From NCBI GenBank assembly GCA_044223005.1, contig JBGAML010000002.1, forward strand, positions 266,457 through 330,456: DNA of 64,000 bases, in the 5' to 3' direction. The DNA comes from Candidatus Eiseniibacteriota bacterium. Lineage in GTDB: Bacteria > Eisenbacteria > RBG-16-71-46. This document shows positions 28,972-38,507 of the stretch, piece after piece. A program made the position numbers and the translations under genes. Under the pieces are notes generated by a model that saw nothing but the letters and a program-made list of their open reading frames with translations, was not told where the DNA came from and did no database searches. Every line of letters begins with the position of its first letter. Within the stretch, counting starts at the first letter, position 1.

Positions 28972-31137
28972 ATGGCTCCCCATCCCACTGCCGCCCGGCC
29001 GCGGTCCGTCGTGATGCAGGCACGACGACTCCCGCTCGCCGCACTCGCGCTCATGCTCGTGCCGATCGTCGCGCACGCGTACGACGCCCCCACGCACCAG
29101 GCCATGTCGATCGTGGCCGTGCGTCGCGCCGACTGCAAGGTCGACGACTACCTGAAGAACGAGCTGCTCGTGCCGCAGGGCATCGAGACCACCGCCGGCA
29201 GCAACTCGTTCGTCGATCGGCTGCAGGATGGCGCGCGCGACGAGGACGAGCAGTCGACGCCGCGCCCGCGCAACCACTTCTACAACCCGATCACCGGGAA
29301 CGGGCTCGACGACATCTTCTCGGGCAACTCTTCGCTGCAGTGGGCGTGGGACCATCCGGACAACCAGCAGGACTGGCACGCCGCGCGCGACGCGTACTTC
29401 CGCTTCTTCACCGCCGGCACCAAGGCCGAGCGCACGCAGGCGATGGGAGATGCGTTCTGGGACCTGGGCCACGTGATCCACCTGATCCAGGATCTCGGCC
29501 AGCCGCAACACGTCCGCAACGACGCGCACATCACGCACTTTCCCGGCGCGCCTTTCGAGGACTACTGCAGCATTCGCTACCGCACACCCGAGACCGTGGG
29601 CTCGCTCGGCACCGCGCCGATTCCGCAGCTGGTGCCCGGGCCCGGGCCGTTCGCGAACATCCCGAACAGCTTCTCGGGCTTCTGGGATTCGGGCCAGTAC
29701 CGCGGCCAGGACGACTTCGCCGGCTTCACGCTGGCCCCCGGCCTCGCCGAGTACTCGAACGCGTACTTCATCACCGACGACACCATGTTCGGCACGTTCC
29801 AGCTGGGCGTGCTGCCGCGCGCGGGCATGCCGCCGCTGCAGGTGCGGCTGCGGACGCCGTTCTTCTCGACCAACCACTCGACGAGCGCCAACCATCGCTT
29901 CAACGGCCCGCGGCTCGCCGACACGGACCTCGCGAGCTTCTACCCGGCCACGACGAGCAGCGTGACCGTCTACCGCGGCGGCGAAGGCACCACGGGCGCC
30001 ACGCACTACCTGACGCTCAACACGCGCGGCCCCGGCGGCGCCATCATCCACACCACGCGCAACATCTGCCTGCTGAACGGCGACAACTACATCGGCTTCG
30101 ACGACAACACCTACCAGGCGTACGCCGAGCAGCTGGTGCCGATGGCCGTCAGCTATTCCGCGGGCCTGCTCAACTACTTCTTCCGCGGCAAGCTCGACAT
30201 CGAGGTGCGCTGGATCGAGGCGCAGCAGCAGTACCAGATCACGGTCACCAACCGCTCCGGTGCCGATCTCGGCGCGGGCCAGTGGTCGCTCTACCAGGAC
30301 GACGGCAGCGACAACCGCAGCTCGGTCGGCGCCTCGTTCAACTATCCCGGCACGCTCGCCGACGGCGGCAGCTTCACCGGCACGTTCGCCGCGGCCGAAC
30401 GAAGCGGCGGCTACACGCTGGTCTTCCACGGCACGCTGGGCGACGAGAAGGACTGGGCCGTGGTCGGCAAGCGCTTCGAACTCGTGCGCGTGCTGATCAC
30501 GTGGGATCCGAAGTCGGACCAGGACCTCTACATGTGGGGCCCCGACGGCTCGCTGATCGGCTACTACAGCAAGGTGAGCTCGTACGGCGAACTCGACAAC
30601 GACAACATCGGCGGCACCGGGCCCGAGAACATCACGCTCAAGGACATGCGTGAGGGCAACTACCAGTTCATGATCGATTACTACCGGGACTGGTGGAAGG
30701 AGTACTACTACGACCAGCCCTCGAACACGTGCATCCCGTACGACACGCCGATCAACTACCCGGAGGACTACGGGTACGATCCGTGTTTCGAGCCCACGCC
30801 GATCACGGTGACGGTGAAGACGTATCACAACGCCGCCTCGCCGGTGCGCACGCAGACCTTCACCGCGGTGTGGCCCGACTACGGCTACTACCTGCCCGGC
30901 TCCGGCCTGGGTGAGGGGCAGTTGGACGACGCGTGGGCCGTGGTGCAGACGGTCACGGTCGACGCCGATCGCAACGTGACGATCACCGGCACCACGCCGC
31001 AGACCGCGCCGCCGCCGGCGACGCGTCCGTACGTGCGCGCCGTGGCCGCGTCACCGCCACCGTCCAAGGCCGGTGTGCCCACGACGGTGAACCTGACCAG
31101 CAAAGCCATGGCCGCGAAGCCGACGGGGGTGAAGTGA
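28972..31137 (+). CDS. Secreted zinc-dependent phospholipase C / S1-P1 nuclease superfamily protein with a C-terminal beta-rich domain
   Basis: GGAGG lies 5 nt before the ATG. There is a signal peptide. The motifs YDAPTHQAMS, NHFYNP and HVIHLIQDLGQPQHVRND match the H...D..QP.H zinc-ligand pattern of PLC / P1 nuclease. Confidence 0.6.
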   Translation: MAPHPTAARPRSVVMQARRLPLAALALMLVPIVAHAYDAPTHQAMSIVAVRRADCKVDDYLKNELLVPQGIETTAGSNSFVDRLQDGARDEDEQSTPRPRNHFYNPITGNGLDDIFSGNSSLQWAWDHPDNQQDWHAARDAYFRFFTAGTKAERTQAMGDAFWDLGHVIHLIQDLGQPQHVRNDAHITHFPGAPFEDYCSIRYRTPETVGSLGTAPIPQLVPGPGPFANIPNSFSGFWDSGQYRGQDDFAGFTLAPGLAEYSNAYFITDDTMFGTFQLGVLPRAGMPPLQVRLRTPFFSTNHSTSANHRFNGPRLADTDLASFYPATTSSVTVYRGGEGTTGATHYLTLNTRGPGGAIIHTTRNICLLNGDNYIGFDDNTYQAYAEQLVPMAVSYSAGLLNYFFRGKLDIEVRWIEAQQQYQITVTNRSGADLGAGQWSLYQDDGSDNRSSVGASFNYPGTLADGGSFTGTFAAAERSGGYTLVFHGTLGDEKDWAVVGKRFELVRVLITWDPKSDQDLYMWGPDGSLIGYYSKVSSYGELDNDNIGGTGPENITLKDMREGNYQFMIDYYRDWWKEYYYDQPSNTCIPYDTPINYPEDYGYDPCFEPTPITVTVKTYHNAASPVRTQTFTAVWPDYGYYLPGSGLGEGQLDDAWAVVQTVTVDADRNVTITGTTPQTAPPPATRPYVRAVAASPPPSKAGVPTTVNLTSKAMAAKPTGVK

Positions 31138-32915
31138 TGAACGCCCTGAATCGCTTCTTCCGCGCCGCCACCGATGTGCGCCGCAGCTCGTGGCTGCTCG
31201 CCTCGGTGGTCGTGGTGCTCACGGTGACGCTCGCCGTCGTCGCGAACGCCGCCAACTTCGCCATGACGCTCGCCACCCCGAACCAGACCGCACCTCCCGG
31301 CGGCAACGCCCTCTACACGGGCAGCATCGTCAACACCTCCGGGCACGCGATCACGCTCGACATCCAGGTCGAGTTCCTGACCAGTCCCGAATCCGAACTC
31401 TGGACGCTCGATCTCGCGCCCGAGTTCCTCGCGCTGCAGTTGGAGCTTCCCCCGGGCGGCTACAGTGGGCCGCTCTTCACCGCCGGTTGGGACCCCTCGC
31501 TCACCGGCGGGCTCTACGGCGTCGGCCGGCTCGTGCTGACCGATGCGAACGGAGTGGACGGCGTCGCCGCGGCGTCGTTCACGCTGAGCACGCCGGGCGC
31601 GGGGCCGTTCTGCACGAGCCAGGTGAACTTCCGCGGGCTCGAGAACTCGGTCGGGATCCTCGACTCGCTGGACCACCCGATCGTCGCCAGCGCGAATCCC
31701 GTGAACGGCAGCGTGTCGGTGGGCACCACCGACGGCCACTTCTGGAAGACCGCGCTGATCGCGAAGAACGTGGGCTCGCACGCTTCGCCGTCACTGGTGG
31801 TGGACGCGTTCCAGGCGCCGCACGTCGCCTACTACGACGAAGTGGCGGGCAGGCTCGTGCACGCGACCAACCCCGGCACCGGCTGGGTGAACGAGACGAT
31901 CGACAACGCCTCGGGCGCGGGACGCTCGCCGTCGCTGGCGATCGACCAGCTGGGCCAGCTGCACGTGAGCTACTACGACTCGGCGAAGCGGCAGCTGCGC
32001 TACGCCGCGCGCAGCAACGGCTCGTGGACGCCCGAGGTGGTGGACACGCTGCCCGGCGCTGGCGTGCGTTCGGCGCTGGCCACGGACGAGATCGGGCAGC
32101 CGTACATCGCCTACTACTCCGCCGACGAAGGCAAGCTGCGCCTGGCGCACCGTGCCGGCAACGGCTGGACGACCGAGGTGGTGGACGGCACCGGGCACAC
32201 CGGCCTGGCGCCGTCGCTGCGCTACCACACCGGCACGTTCTGGGTGTCGTACGGCGACTCGACGCCCGGCCACCACGCGCTGCGAATGGCGAGTGGTGTA
32301 CCCGGCGCGTGGAGCGCGGCCACGGTGGATTCGGGCGGGGATTGCGGATCGGCGTCGGTGATGACGCTGGACGGCTTCGACAATCCGCGCATCGGCTACT
32401 GGGATGCCGCGACGCAGACGCTGCGCTACGCGAGCAAGACCGGCCCCGTGTGGATCCTGGAGGACGTGGCCGCCAACTCGGCCGGTGCGATCTCGCTGGC
32501 GCGCGGCACGCACGACGAGCCCGTGTTCAGCTTCGCCGGCAGCACCGACGGCCTGATCCACCTGAGCACGGTGGGCCAGTGCCCCGTCACGATTCCGCTG
32601 TTCGGCGAGCCCACCGGCACCGACGCCACGCTGCCCACGGAGTTCGCGGTGATGGCCGCGCGCCCCAACCCGTTCCGGAGCACGAGCGTGATCACGTTCG
32701 CGAGCCCCGTGCGGGCCGAAGGCTGGGTGCGCGTCTACGACGCCGCCGGCCGCGTGGTGGCCGAACCCCTGCACCGCTTCATCGAGGCCGGCATGACGCA
32801 GGTCACGTGGGACGGCGCGGACCGGTCGGGTCGCAAGCTGCCCGCGGGCACGTACCTCGTACAGGTGCGAGTCGGCGCGAACGTGAAGTCGGCACGGGTG
32901 ACGCTGATTCGGTGA
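31137..32915 (+). CDS. Secreted repeat protein (YY-x-L-YA-x-NG-W-x-E-VVD repeats) with a T9SS-type CTD
   Basis: Its ATG overlaps the previous stop (ATGA). The signal/TM is SSWLLASVVVVLTVTLAVVANA. There are four ~45-aa repeats. The C-terminal RPNPFRSTSVITFASP...GTYLVQV is the CTD. Confidence 0.65.
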   Translation: MNALNRFFRAATDVRRSSWLLASVVVVLTVTLAVVANAANFAMTLATPNQTAPPGGNALYTGSIVNTSGHAITLDIQVEFLTSPESELWTLDLAPEFLALQLELPPGGYSGPLFTAGWDPSLTGGLYGVGRLVLTDANGVDGVAAASFTLSTPGAGPFCTSQVNFRGLENSVGILDSLDHPIVASANPVNGSVSVGTTDGHFWKTALIAKNVGSHASPSLVVDAFQAPHVAYYDEVAGRLVHATNPGTGWVNETIDNASGAGRSPSLAIDQLGQLHVSYYDSAKRQLRYAARSNGSWTPEVVDTLPGAGVRSALATDEIGQPYIAYYSADEGKLRLAHRAGNGWTTEVVDGTGHTGLAPSLRYHTGTFWVSYGDSTPGHHALRMASGVPGAWSAATVDSGGDCGSASVMTLDGFDNPRIGYWDAATQTLRYASKTGPVWILEDVAANSAGAISLARGTHDEPVFSFAGSTDGLIHLSTVGQCPVTIPLFGEPTGTDATLPTEFAVMAARPNPFRSTSVITFASPVRAEGWVRVYDAAGRVVAEPLHRFIEAGMTQVTWDGADRSGRKLPAGTYLVQVRVGANVKSARVTLIR

Positions 32916-32944
32916 CGCTCTCGCTGTAGGAGAGGAGAGGCAGA

Positions 32945-32993
32945 GACGCCCGCGCGGCGGTCCGGAAGTCCGGGCCGCCGCGCGGGGGCGTTT
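32945..32993. terminator. Intrinsic terminator after the 28972..32915 gene pair
   Basis: It is a ~20-bp imperfect GC stem (CGCCCGCGCGGCGGTCCGG...CCGGGCCGCCGCGCGGGGGCG) followed by TTT. Confidence 0.5.
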
Positions 32994-33483
32994 GGGCCCA
33001 AACCCAAGCCGGTAGGATAGTGCGTCGCACCGTCACCCACCCGCTGTTGGGCGTCCTTATCATCTTCGGGTAGAGTCCCCGCGGCACTGCCAACTACTCC
33101 AACGGCCGCCCGATCTCGCGATGCTCCCAAGACTCAGGGCGATCATTCATACGACCCCGAGGATTTCGGTCGCATGTCGCCCCCAGTCACGGATGGCCGC
33201 AAGCCCAAAGGGCCTATTCGCCCCAAGCCAGCCGCAGCGATGGTCGCCCCCGGCGGCGTCGAGCGAAAATGTCGCCGCGTTGGCTTCATGATTTGGTCGT
33301 CTGACGCGGTCTCCAATCGACCGCCTCGTGGCCATGAGAGGCACCTTCTGGAGGCGGGGCAGATCTTGCCAGTGTGCAGGGGCGACGGGGCATCGCAAAC
33401 GCAAGGTAGCGCTACATTGCCATGCGGCGGTGGGCAAACGGGCTCCGCTCGACTTCCCGGCGGCCCTACGCGGAGGCGTCGCC

Positions 33484-35598
33484 ATGCCCCCGTCCTCTGA
33501 TGTGCTGCTCGACCTCATTGTCGATGCGATAAGGCGAGTGAGGTCAATACGCCAAGATTCGCCCATTGTCTGGCTCGTGATCCCCGTGCTTGCCTGGCTG
33601 TTTGATGCACAGGGCCTCTTTTCAAATCTTCTGAGTGTAATGGAAAACAAGAGGCAAGCCCGAGCTGCGCGAACACTTCTAGCTCACATATACACTGCCG
33701 ACGATATCGATCGCTATACACGACATTATGTCAAACAGCACTATCTGCAGCACGCACCAACGCACTATGACGAGCCACGCGATGCGCGCCAAGGCGTCAA
33801 GGGGGAGCTGTTCGAATACGTGGATCGCTTTGTGACATCGAAGCAACCAGACGCCAAATTTCTGATGATCTTGGCAGACAGTGGCACCGGCAAGTCGTCA
33901 TTCTGCATAAACTATGTCGTCAAGCGCTCGAGACGTCCTCGCCCTGGATGCAAGTGGATATTGGATTCGCTCGGCGACCCCAAATGTCTCGATCGGGTTC
34001 AGGGTGTCGCCGAGCCGGAGAACGCCATTCTGGTCCTTGATGGTCTGGACGAGGATCCCGCGGCACTCGGCCGATTCCTGGAGCGGTGGGCGGAGATCGA
34101 ACGGGCCACCATTCGCTTCCGCCGTGTCGTGGTCACCTGCCGACTACAATTCATTACGACGGGTTCCCAGTTGCCTCATAGGTCGATTGTGGTTCGTCGT
34201 GCTGGCCCTCAGGCACTGGACGATGACCGTAGGTTCTCAGTCGACCACGTGTATATCTCGCCGCTCAGAGACAGGCAAATCAAGCAGTTCATAGACATGA
34301 GCGTACCGTTCTGGCGAAGGAGGGAGCGCAGCGGCGCGATGCGCCTGGTGAAGGCTATCCCACTGCTTAGCGTGCGCCCTATGTTGCTTGGCTATCTGCC
34401 GCACCTCGCCAAACAAGATCCTGACAGAAAATGGAGTACAACGGAGTTGTATAGAGAGTGTATTGAGCAGTGGCTTGCGCGAGAAGTCGATGCAGATGAT
34501 GCGGAATCCGCCGAGAGAAAGCGGCGCCAGTTGTTGGAGCTATCCATGCAGATTGCAGTGAGTATGTGCGTGCCATCGCACGGCTTGTCCTACCGGGCGG
34601 TTGACATAGCGACGACGCCGGCAGATGGCGGTACTCCGATTCCAACTGATGCAGACGCTGCGGGCGGCCAAAGGGCTGCTCACGCGCTGGAGATGCCGCT
34701 CAGAGATGTTGGTCGTAGTCTGTTGGTGCCCGCGAGCGGTGGTGGATTCAAGTTCGCGCATCGCTCGTTTGCCGAGTATTTTGTTGTAGAGGCCGCGCTT
34801 TCCGGCGAGCGGAGGGCGTGGGGGCAAATGAGCGACATGATGAGACTGTTCTTGAGTGAGCGTCTCGAAGCCTATTGGCCTGAGTTGTCGCGTGGCGTGA
34901 GGCTTCAAGGAACTGCGTGGACCCTGGGAGGCGTGGCCGACAATGCAAAGCTGGACATAGTCGTGCCTGAAGATGCGCGCTACGTACTGCTAAGTAGGCT
35001 GCTGGAGTGTGCAGATGCGCTCGGAAGGGCTCATGAGCAATATTATTCCAGCATAAGATTTGCGTGGGGTGACGAGAAGGTGCGCGGGACAGCAGACAAT
35101 GCGGTGCAGGGCGGGGCGGTGAGTATCAGCGGGCGGGCAATCGGAAGCGACTGGTATAGATTCGAGGAAGAGGCGAGCCCTCGCAATGGAAATGAGCCGA
35201 CATTCTGGGTGGATGTGCTGCCACCGCGATGTGAATATGGCTCTGGTACGTTCCAAGTTGGTTGGAACTCTGCGGGTCGTGTGCGACGTGCAATGTTGTA
35301 TGAGTCCGAGGTGGAGTTGCTTGTATCGGGGAGTCAGAAGACGGCAAAGCGTGAGGTGGTTAGGTGGCGGCGAGTAGGGGTCGCTGAACTCTTGTGCAGT
35401 AATGCTCTGGTGTTTGGCGCGTTGCGCGAGAGAACTGCGGCGGGGATGGCGAGCTTCGAGGCCGGAACATTGCGATTCAAGGTGCGAGGCACGGGGCAGG
35501 CGGTCGTCATGAAGGGCGCAACATGCGAAGGTATGGTGTGGGATCCCAGTTCGGGGTCGTATGAGATTCAGCTGTCGGACCCTTCCCACGCCGAGTGA
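33484..35598 (+). CDS. NACHT/STAND-family P-loop NTPase (bacterial NLR-like; candidate antiviral STAND)
   Basis: Walker A is FLMILADSGTGKSSF (aa ~134-139). Walker B is AILVLDGLDE (aa ~181-190). The sensor-1-like motif is RRVVVTCRLQ. The N-terminal region is ~120 aa with one hydrophobic helix (PIVWLVIPVLAWLF). A ~400-aa Trp-rich C-terminal domain is unassigned. GGAGG lies 8 nt before the ATG. Confidence 0.7.
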   Translation: MPPSSDVLLDLIVDAIRRVRSIRQDSPIVWLVIPVLAWLFDAQGLFSNLLSVMENKRQARAARTLLAHIYTADDIDRYTRHYVKQHYLQHAPTHYDEPRDARQGVKGELFEYVDRFVTSKQPDAKFLMILADSGTGKSSFCINYVVKRSRRPRPGCKWILDSLGDPKCLDRVQGVAEPENAILVLDGLDEDPAALGRFLERWAEIERATIRFRRVVVTCRLQFITTGSQLPHRSIVVRRAGPQALDDDRRFSVDHVYISPLRDRQIKQFIDMSVPFWRRRERSGAMRLVKAIPLLSVRPMLLGYLPHLAKQDPDRKWSTTELYRECIEQWLAREVDADDAESAERKRRQLLELSMQIAVSMCVPSHGLSYRAVDIATTPADGGTPIPTDADAAGGQRAAHALEMPLRDVGRSLLVPASGGGFKFAHRSFAEYFVVEAALSGERRAWGQMSDMMRLFLSERLEAYWPELSRGVRLQGTAWTLGGVADNAKLDIVVPEDARYVLLSRLLECADALGRAHEQYYSSIRFAWGDEKVRGTADNAVQGGAVSISGRAIGSDWYRFEEEASPRNGNEPTFWVDVLPPRCEYGSGTFQVGWNSAGRVRRAMLYESEVELLVSGSQKTAKREVVRWRRVGVAELLCSNALVFGALRERTAAGMASFEAGTLRFKVRGTGQAVVMKGATCEGMVWDPSSGSYEIQLSDPSHAE

Positions 35599-35652
35599 GG
35601 ACGCGAGTGAGCGTGACCCGATCTCGTGGACACCTTTCGAAAGGGGTCTACG

Positions 35653-35904
35653 ATGTCCAGCATGTCCAAGAACGGTGGTCGCCGCCAGCGGCGAGTGTTC
35701 AGTGTGGAGTTCATGGCGGGCGTGGCGGCAGCTGTCGATACGTTGCTGGGCGTAACAGTGCGCGACCTTCGCGCGAGCGTTCTGCACGAGAACGACACTG
35801 CCGAATGTGAGCTCGCTGCAGTTCGGCGGCTTGATGACAGCTACTCGAGTCTTCGACGAGAAATCGACCGCGCGACAGGAATCGGCCAACTGATGCCGAA
35901 GTAA
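35653..35904 (+). CDS. Small Arg-rich protein (83 aa) downstream of the NACHT NTPase
   Basis: AAAGGGG lies 6 nt before the ATG. The N-terminus MSSMSKNGGRRQRRVF is basic. It sits within the low-GC islet on the same strand, 55 nt after the NTPase stop. Confidence 0.4.
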   Translation: MSSMSKNGGRRQRRVFSVEFMAGVAAAVDTLLGVTVRDLRASVLHENDTAECELAAVRRLDDSYSSLRREIDRATGIGQLMPK

Positions 35905-35945
35905 GCGCGGACTCGGCTTCAGGTATCTTCGAACCCGCCTTCGCT

Positions 35946-37742
35946 CTAATTCCTCAGCGTCACCTGCCGCACCCAGACGCCCCGCACGCCCTGCTCCTGG
36001 CCGGCCAGTGCTCGGAACTTGCCGAACACCTCCGTGCCGCGTGATGCGCTGCCAGCCGACACCGGCAGGTCCGCGACGCCGCCGACGCCTCGCAGCTTGT
36101 CCAGCGGGGCGGCGCCGACGCGGGCGTAGCTGATCGGGCGGTCGGGCGAGACCGCGGGCAGCGTTGCGAGCTCGGCTTCGAGTTCGGGGACGGGTTGTGG
36201 GCTCGCCACCACGAGGAAATGCTCGTGGCCGCCGCGGCTGGTCACGACCCAGCCGCTTTCCTTGCCGGCGCGCGTGCCGGGCATTCGCACCGTGGCGCCG
36301 GCGGCGATCGGGTTCTTCTGGTCGAACAGTGGTTGCGGGAACAGCAGGTACGATTCGCCCTTGTCGTCGGCGTTGAGCACGTAGACGTACGCGGGCTGGC
36401 TCGCGCGGAACTCCAGCAGCAGCCGATCTCCGGGCTTCACGGCGTCGCCGTCCACCAGCGCGGTGGTCGAGCCGGCGTCGCCTCGCATCAGCGTCGCGCT
36501 CACGTCGTATGCGACCGGCGCCACTGCCGCAAGCGAAGGTGCGGGCGTCGGCACCTCCGTCGTCCGCGGCCGCAGGCGCGGCCACGCGAGCAGCGCGGCG
36601 ACGGCGACCACCGCCCCGATCGCCAGCGGCAGCGCGAGCTGGCCGCGTCGCGACGCGGTTACCGCGCGCGCGCCGCCCATCGTCCCGGCCGCGCTGCCCG
36701 CGACGGTCGCGTCACGCGCTGCCGCGCCCGCGTCGCGCGCGCCGACCGCCCCGGCGCCCGCATCCGCCACGCACGCCTCCAGCGCCGCGCGCGCGTCGGT
36801 CGCGCTCGCGAACCGCGCCGCCGGAGCTGCCGCCATCAGCCGCTCGATCGCGGCGACCAGCGCTGGCGGCGCACCCGGGGCGTCGGCGGCCAGCGCCACC
36901 GCGGGCCCCGCGGCGGCCTCCGCACGTAACGCCTCCAAAGAAGAAGCCGCGAACGGCGCGCGCCCGGTCAGCGCGCGCCGCAGCGTGACGCCGAGCGCGT
37001 ACAAGTCATCCGAAGCGCACGCGACAGCGCCAAGAAGCCGCGCGGGCGACATGTACGCGGGAGTGCCCGAAAACGGCCGCGCAAGCCCGGCAGCAGAACC
37101 CGCATGCTCCCCGAGCCCGAAGTCGACGAGCACGAAGTGGCCGTCGTCGGTGGCGATCACGTTCGCGGGCTTCACGTCGCGGTGCAGCGCTCCGGCGCCG
37201 TGCACGGCGGCCAGCGCGCGCGCCATCTCGGCGCCCAACTGCGCCACGCGCGCGGGCGCGAGTGCTCCCATGCCGAGCAGCACTTCGAGCGAGGGGCCGC
37301 GCAGGTACTCCATCCAGAACCCGGCGCGGCCGTCGTGTTCGGCGGCGCCGTGCACGGTGACCACGTGCGGATCGCGCACCCGCGCCAGCGCGCGTGCTTC
37401 GTCGAGCATGGTGCCGACGGGCGCTCCGGTGCGTGCGAGCTTCAAGGCGACCTCGCGCCGCAGCGAGGGGTCCCAGGCGCGATACACGCTGCCGTCGGCG
37501 CCTTCGCCGGCCTTCTCCAGCAGCAGCAGCTCGCCCCAGCGGCCGCCCTCGAACAGGCCGCCGTCGTCGGCGCCGTGCTGCAGCGAGCGGTGAAAGTCGG
37601 CGACGCGCGAGAGGTCGTGCAGCGTCCGCACGTGCTCGCGCTGCTTCGCGTCGGCGGCGCCTTCGGCGCGCGCCCAGTCGGTGGGCTCACCGTTGGCGAT
37701 CGACTCGAGCAGTTCCTGCAGTGCGCGTTCGTCAGGCGTCAT
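35946..37742 (-). CDS. Serine/threonine protein kinase with a TM segment and an extracytoplasmic C-terminal domain
   Basis: The kinase motifs are GEGADGSVYRA, VALKL, HRDVKPANV, DFGLG and SPAR. A TM helix LALPLAIGAVVAVAALLAW is present. Its start overlaps the upstream ECF sigma stop by 11 nt. Confidence 0.8.
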   Translation of the reverse strand: MTPDERALQELLESIANGEPTDWARAEGAADAKQREHVRTLHDLSRVADFHRSLQHGADDGGLFEGGRWGELLLLEKAGEGADGSVYRAWDPSLRREVALKLARTGAPVGTMLDEARALARVRDPHVVTVHGAAEHDGRAGFWMEYLRGPSLEVLLGMGALAPARVAQLGAEMARALAAVHGAGALHRDVKPANVIATDDGHFVLVDFGLGEHAGSAAGLARPFSGTPAYMSPARLLGAVACASDDLYALGVTLRRALTGRAPFAASSLEALRAEAAAGPAVALAADAPGAPPALVAAIERLMAAAPAARFASATDARAALEACVADAGAGAVGARDAGAAARDATVAGSAAGTMGGARAVTASRRGQLALPLAIGAVVAVAALLAWPRLRPRTTEVPTPAPSLAAVAPVAYDVSATLMRGDAGSTTALVDGDAVKPGDRLLLEFRASQPAYVYVLNADDKGESYLLFPQPLFDQKNPIAAGATVRMPGTRAGKESGWVVTSRGGHEHFLVVASPQPVPELEAELATLPAVSPDRPISYARVGAAPLDKLRGVGGVADLPVSAGSASRGTEVFGKFRALAGQEQGVRGVWVRQVTLRN

Positions 37743-38334
37743 GTCGCATCGCCTCCGCCAGTCGTCCGAGCGCGCGCGTCACGGCCATGCGCACGGCATC
37801 CCTGCTGTCGCGTCCGGTCATCACGCGGATCTCCTCGTAGTTCCAGTCGAGCTCCACCTTGAGGTGGAGCAGGTGCTGGTCCTCGGGCGAGAGCGTCGTG
37901 AACGCGCGTTCGTATCGCTGCGCGAGGTCGGCGCCGATCGCCAGTTCCAGCGGCGAGGGCCCGGCATCGGGGAGCGAGTCGGGCACTTCACCGGGTCCGG
38001 GACGCCGGTCGGCGTATCGGATCCCATCCCGAATACGATTGAGCACGGCGGAACGAACGTAGGCCTCGAACCCGCCGGGGCCGCGCAGTTCGACCCGGTC
38101 CAGGTTCTCGAACGTCCGCAGCAACGTCTCCTGCACCAGGTCGACGGTGTCGAACAGGCTCCGCGCGCGCGCCGGGATCCGGCCGCTGGCCCAGCGGCGC
38201 AGGCGCGGCAAGTAACGCGCGGCCAGCGACTCCAGCGCATTGCGGTCGCCGTCCTTGGCGCGGCGCAGCAAGCTGGTCGTCGACTCGAGCGCGTCGCCCG
38301 GCGAGGGCGGCAATGGAGCGGATGGAGGGCTCAT
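37732..38334 (-). CDS. ECF-family sigma-70 factor co-transcribed with the Ser/Thr kinase
   Basis: Regions 2 and 4 are present (LESLAARYLPRLRRWASGRI; FTTLSPEDQHLLHLKVELDWNYEEIRVMTGRDSRDAVRMAVTRALGRLAE). Confidence 0.8.
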   Translation of the reverse strand: MSPPSAPLPPSPGDALESTTSLLRRAKDGDRNALESLAARYLPRLRRWASGRIPARARSLFDTVDLVQETLLRTFENLDRVELRGPGGFEAYVRSAVLNRIRDGIRYADRRPGPGEVPDSLPDAGPSPLELAIGADLAQRYERAFTTLSPEDQHLLHLKVELDWNYEEIRVMTGRDSRDAVRMAVTRALGRLAEAMRHDA

Positions 38335-38507
38335 GGCGTCTCGGGGTCCCGGGGTGCTTCCGGCTGGCCGTTCATTGTAGAGGGCGCCACGCCTTGCTGC
38401 GAAGAACTGATCGCGAGCCGGGCCTTGCCAGTGCTAGCTTGCCCGGATTCGCCGCCCGGGCCGGCGTTTCCCGGCAGGCCCGATCATTCCCCGGAGGACC
38501 GCCCGTG

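Larger units (their letters stand above)
33400..35940. other. Low-GC (~48-58%) horizontally acquired islet in a ~70% GC background
   Basis: Direct base counts of 100-nt samples inside give 48%, 54% and 58% GC, against ~72% in flanking genes. It contains the NACHT NTPase gene and a small ORF. It has no integrase, and I detected no tRNA or flanking direct repeats. Confidence 0.5.

Noticed and set aside
33147-33650. 167-aa minus-strand ORF, and 33174..33500 (+), in the left flank of the low-GC islet
   Set aside because: They have no RBS and poor codon usage. They overlap the NACHT gene's RBS/start and the translations have low complexity. I treated 32994..33483 as intergenic flank. I also looked here for a tRNA (a common island integration site) and could not fold a cloverleaf.
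38335-38507. Possible ECF-type promoter in the sigma/CHAT divergent intergenic region
   Set aside because: I could not find a convincing GGAAC-N16-CGTC-type motif by eye. It is left uncalled.
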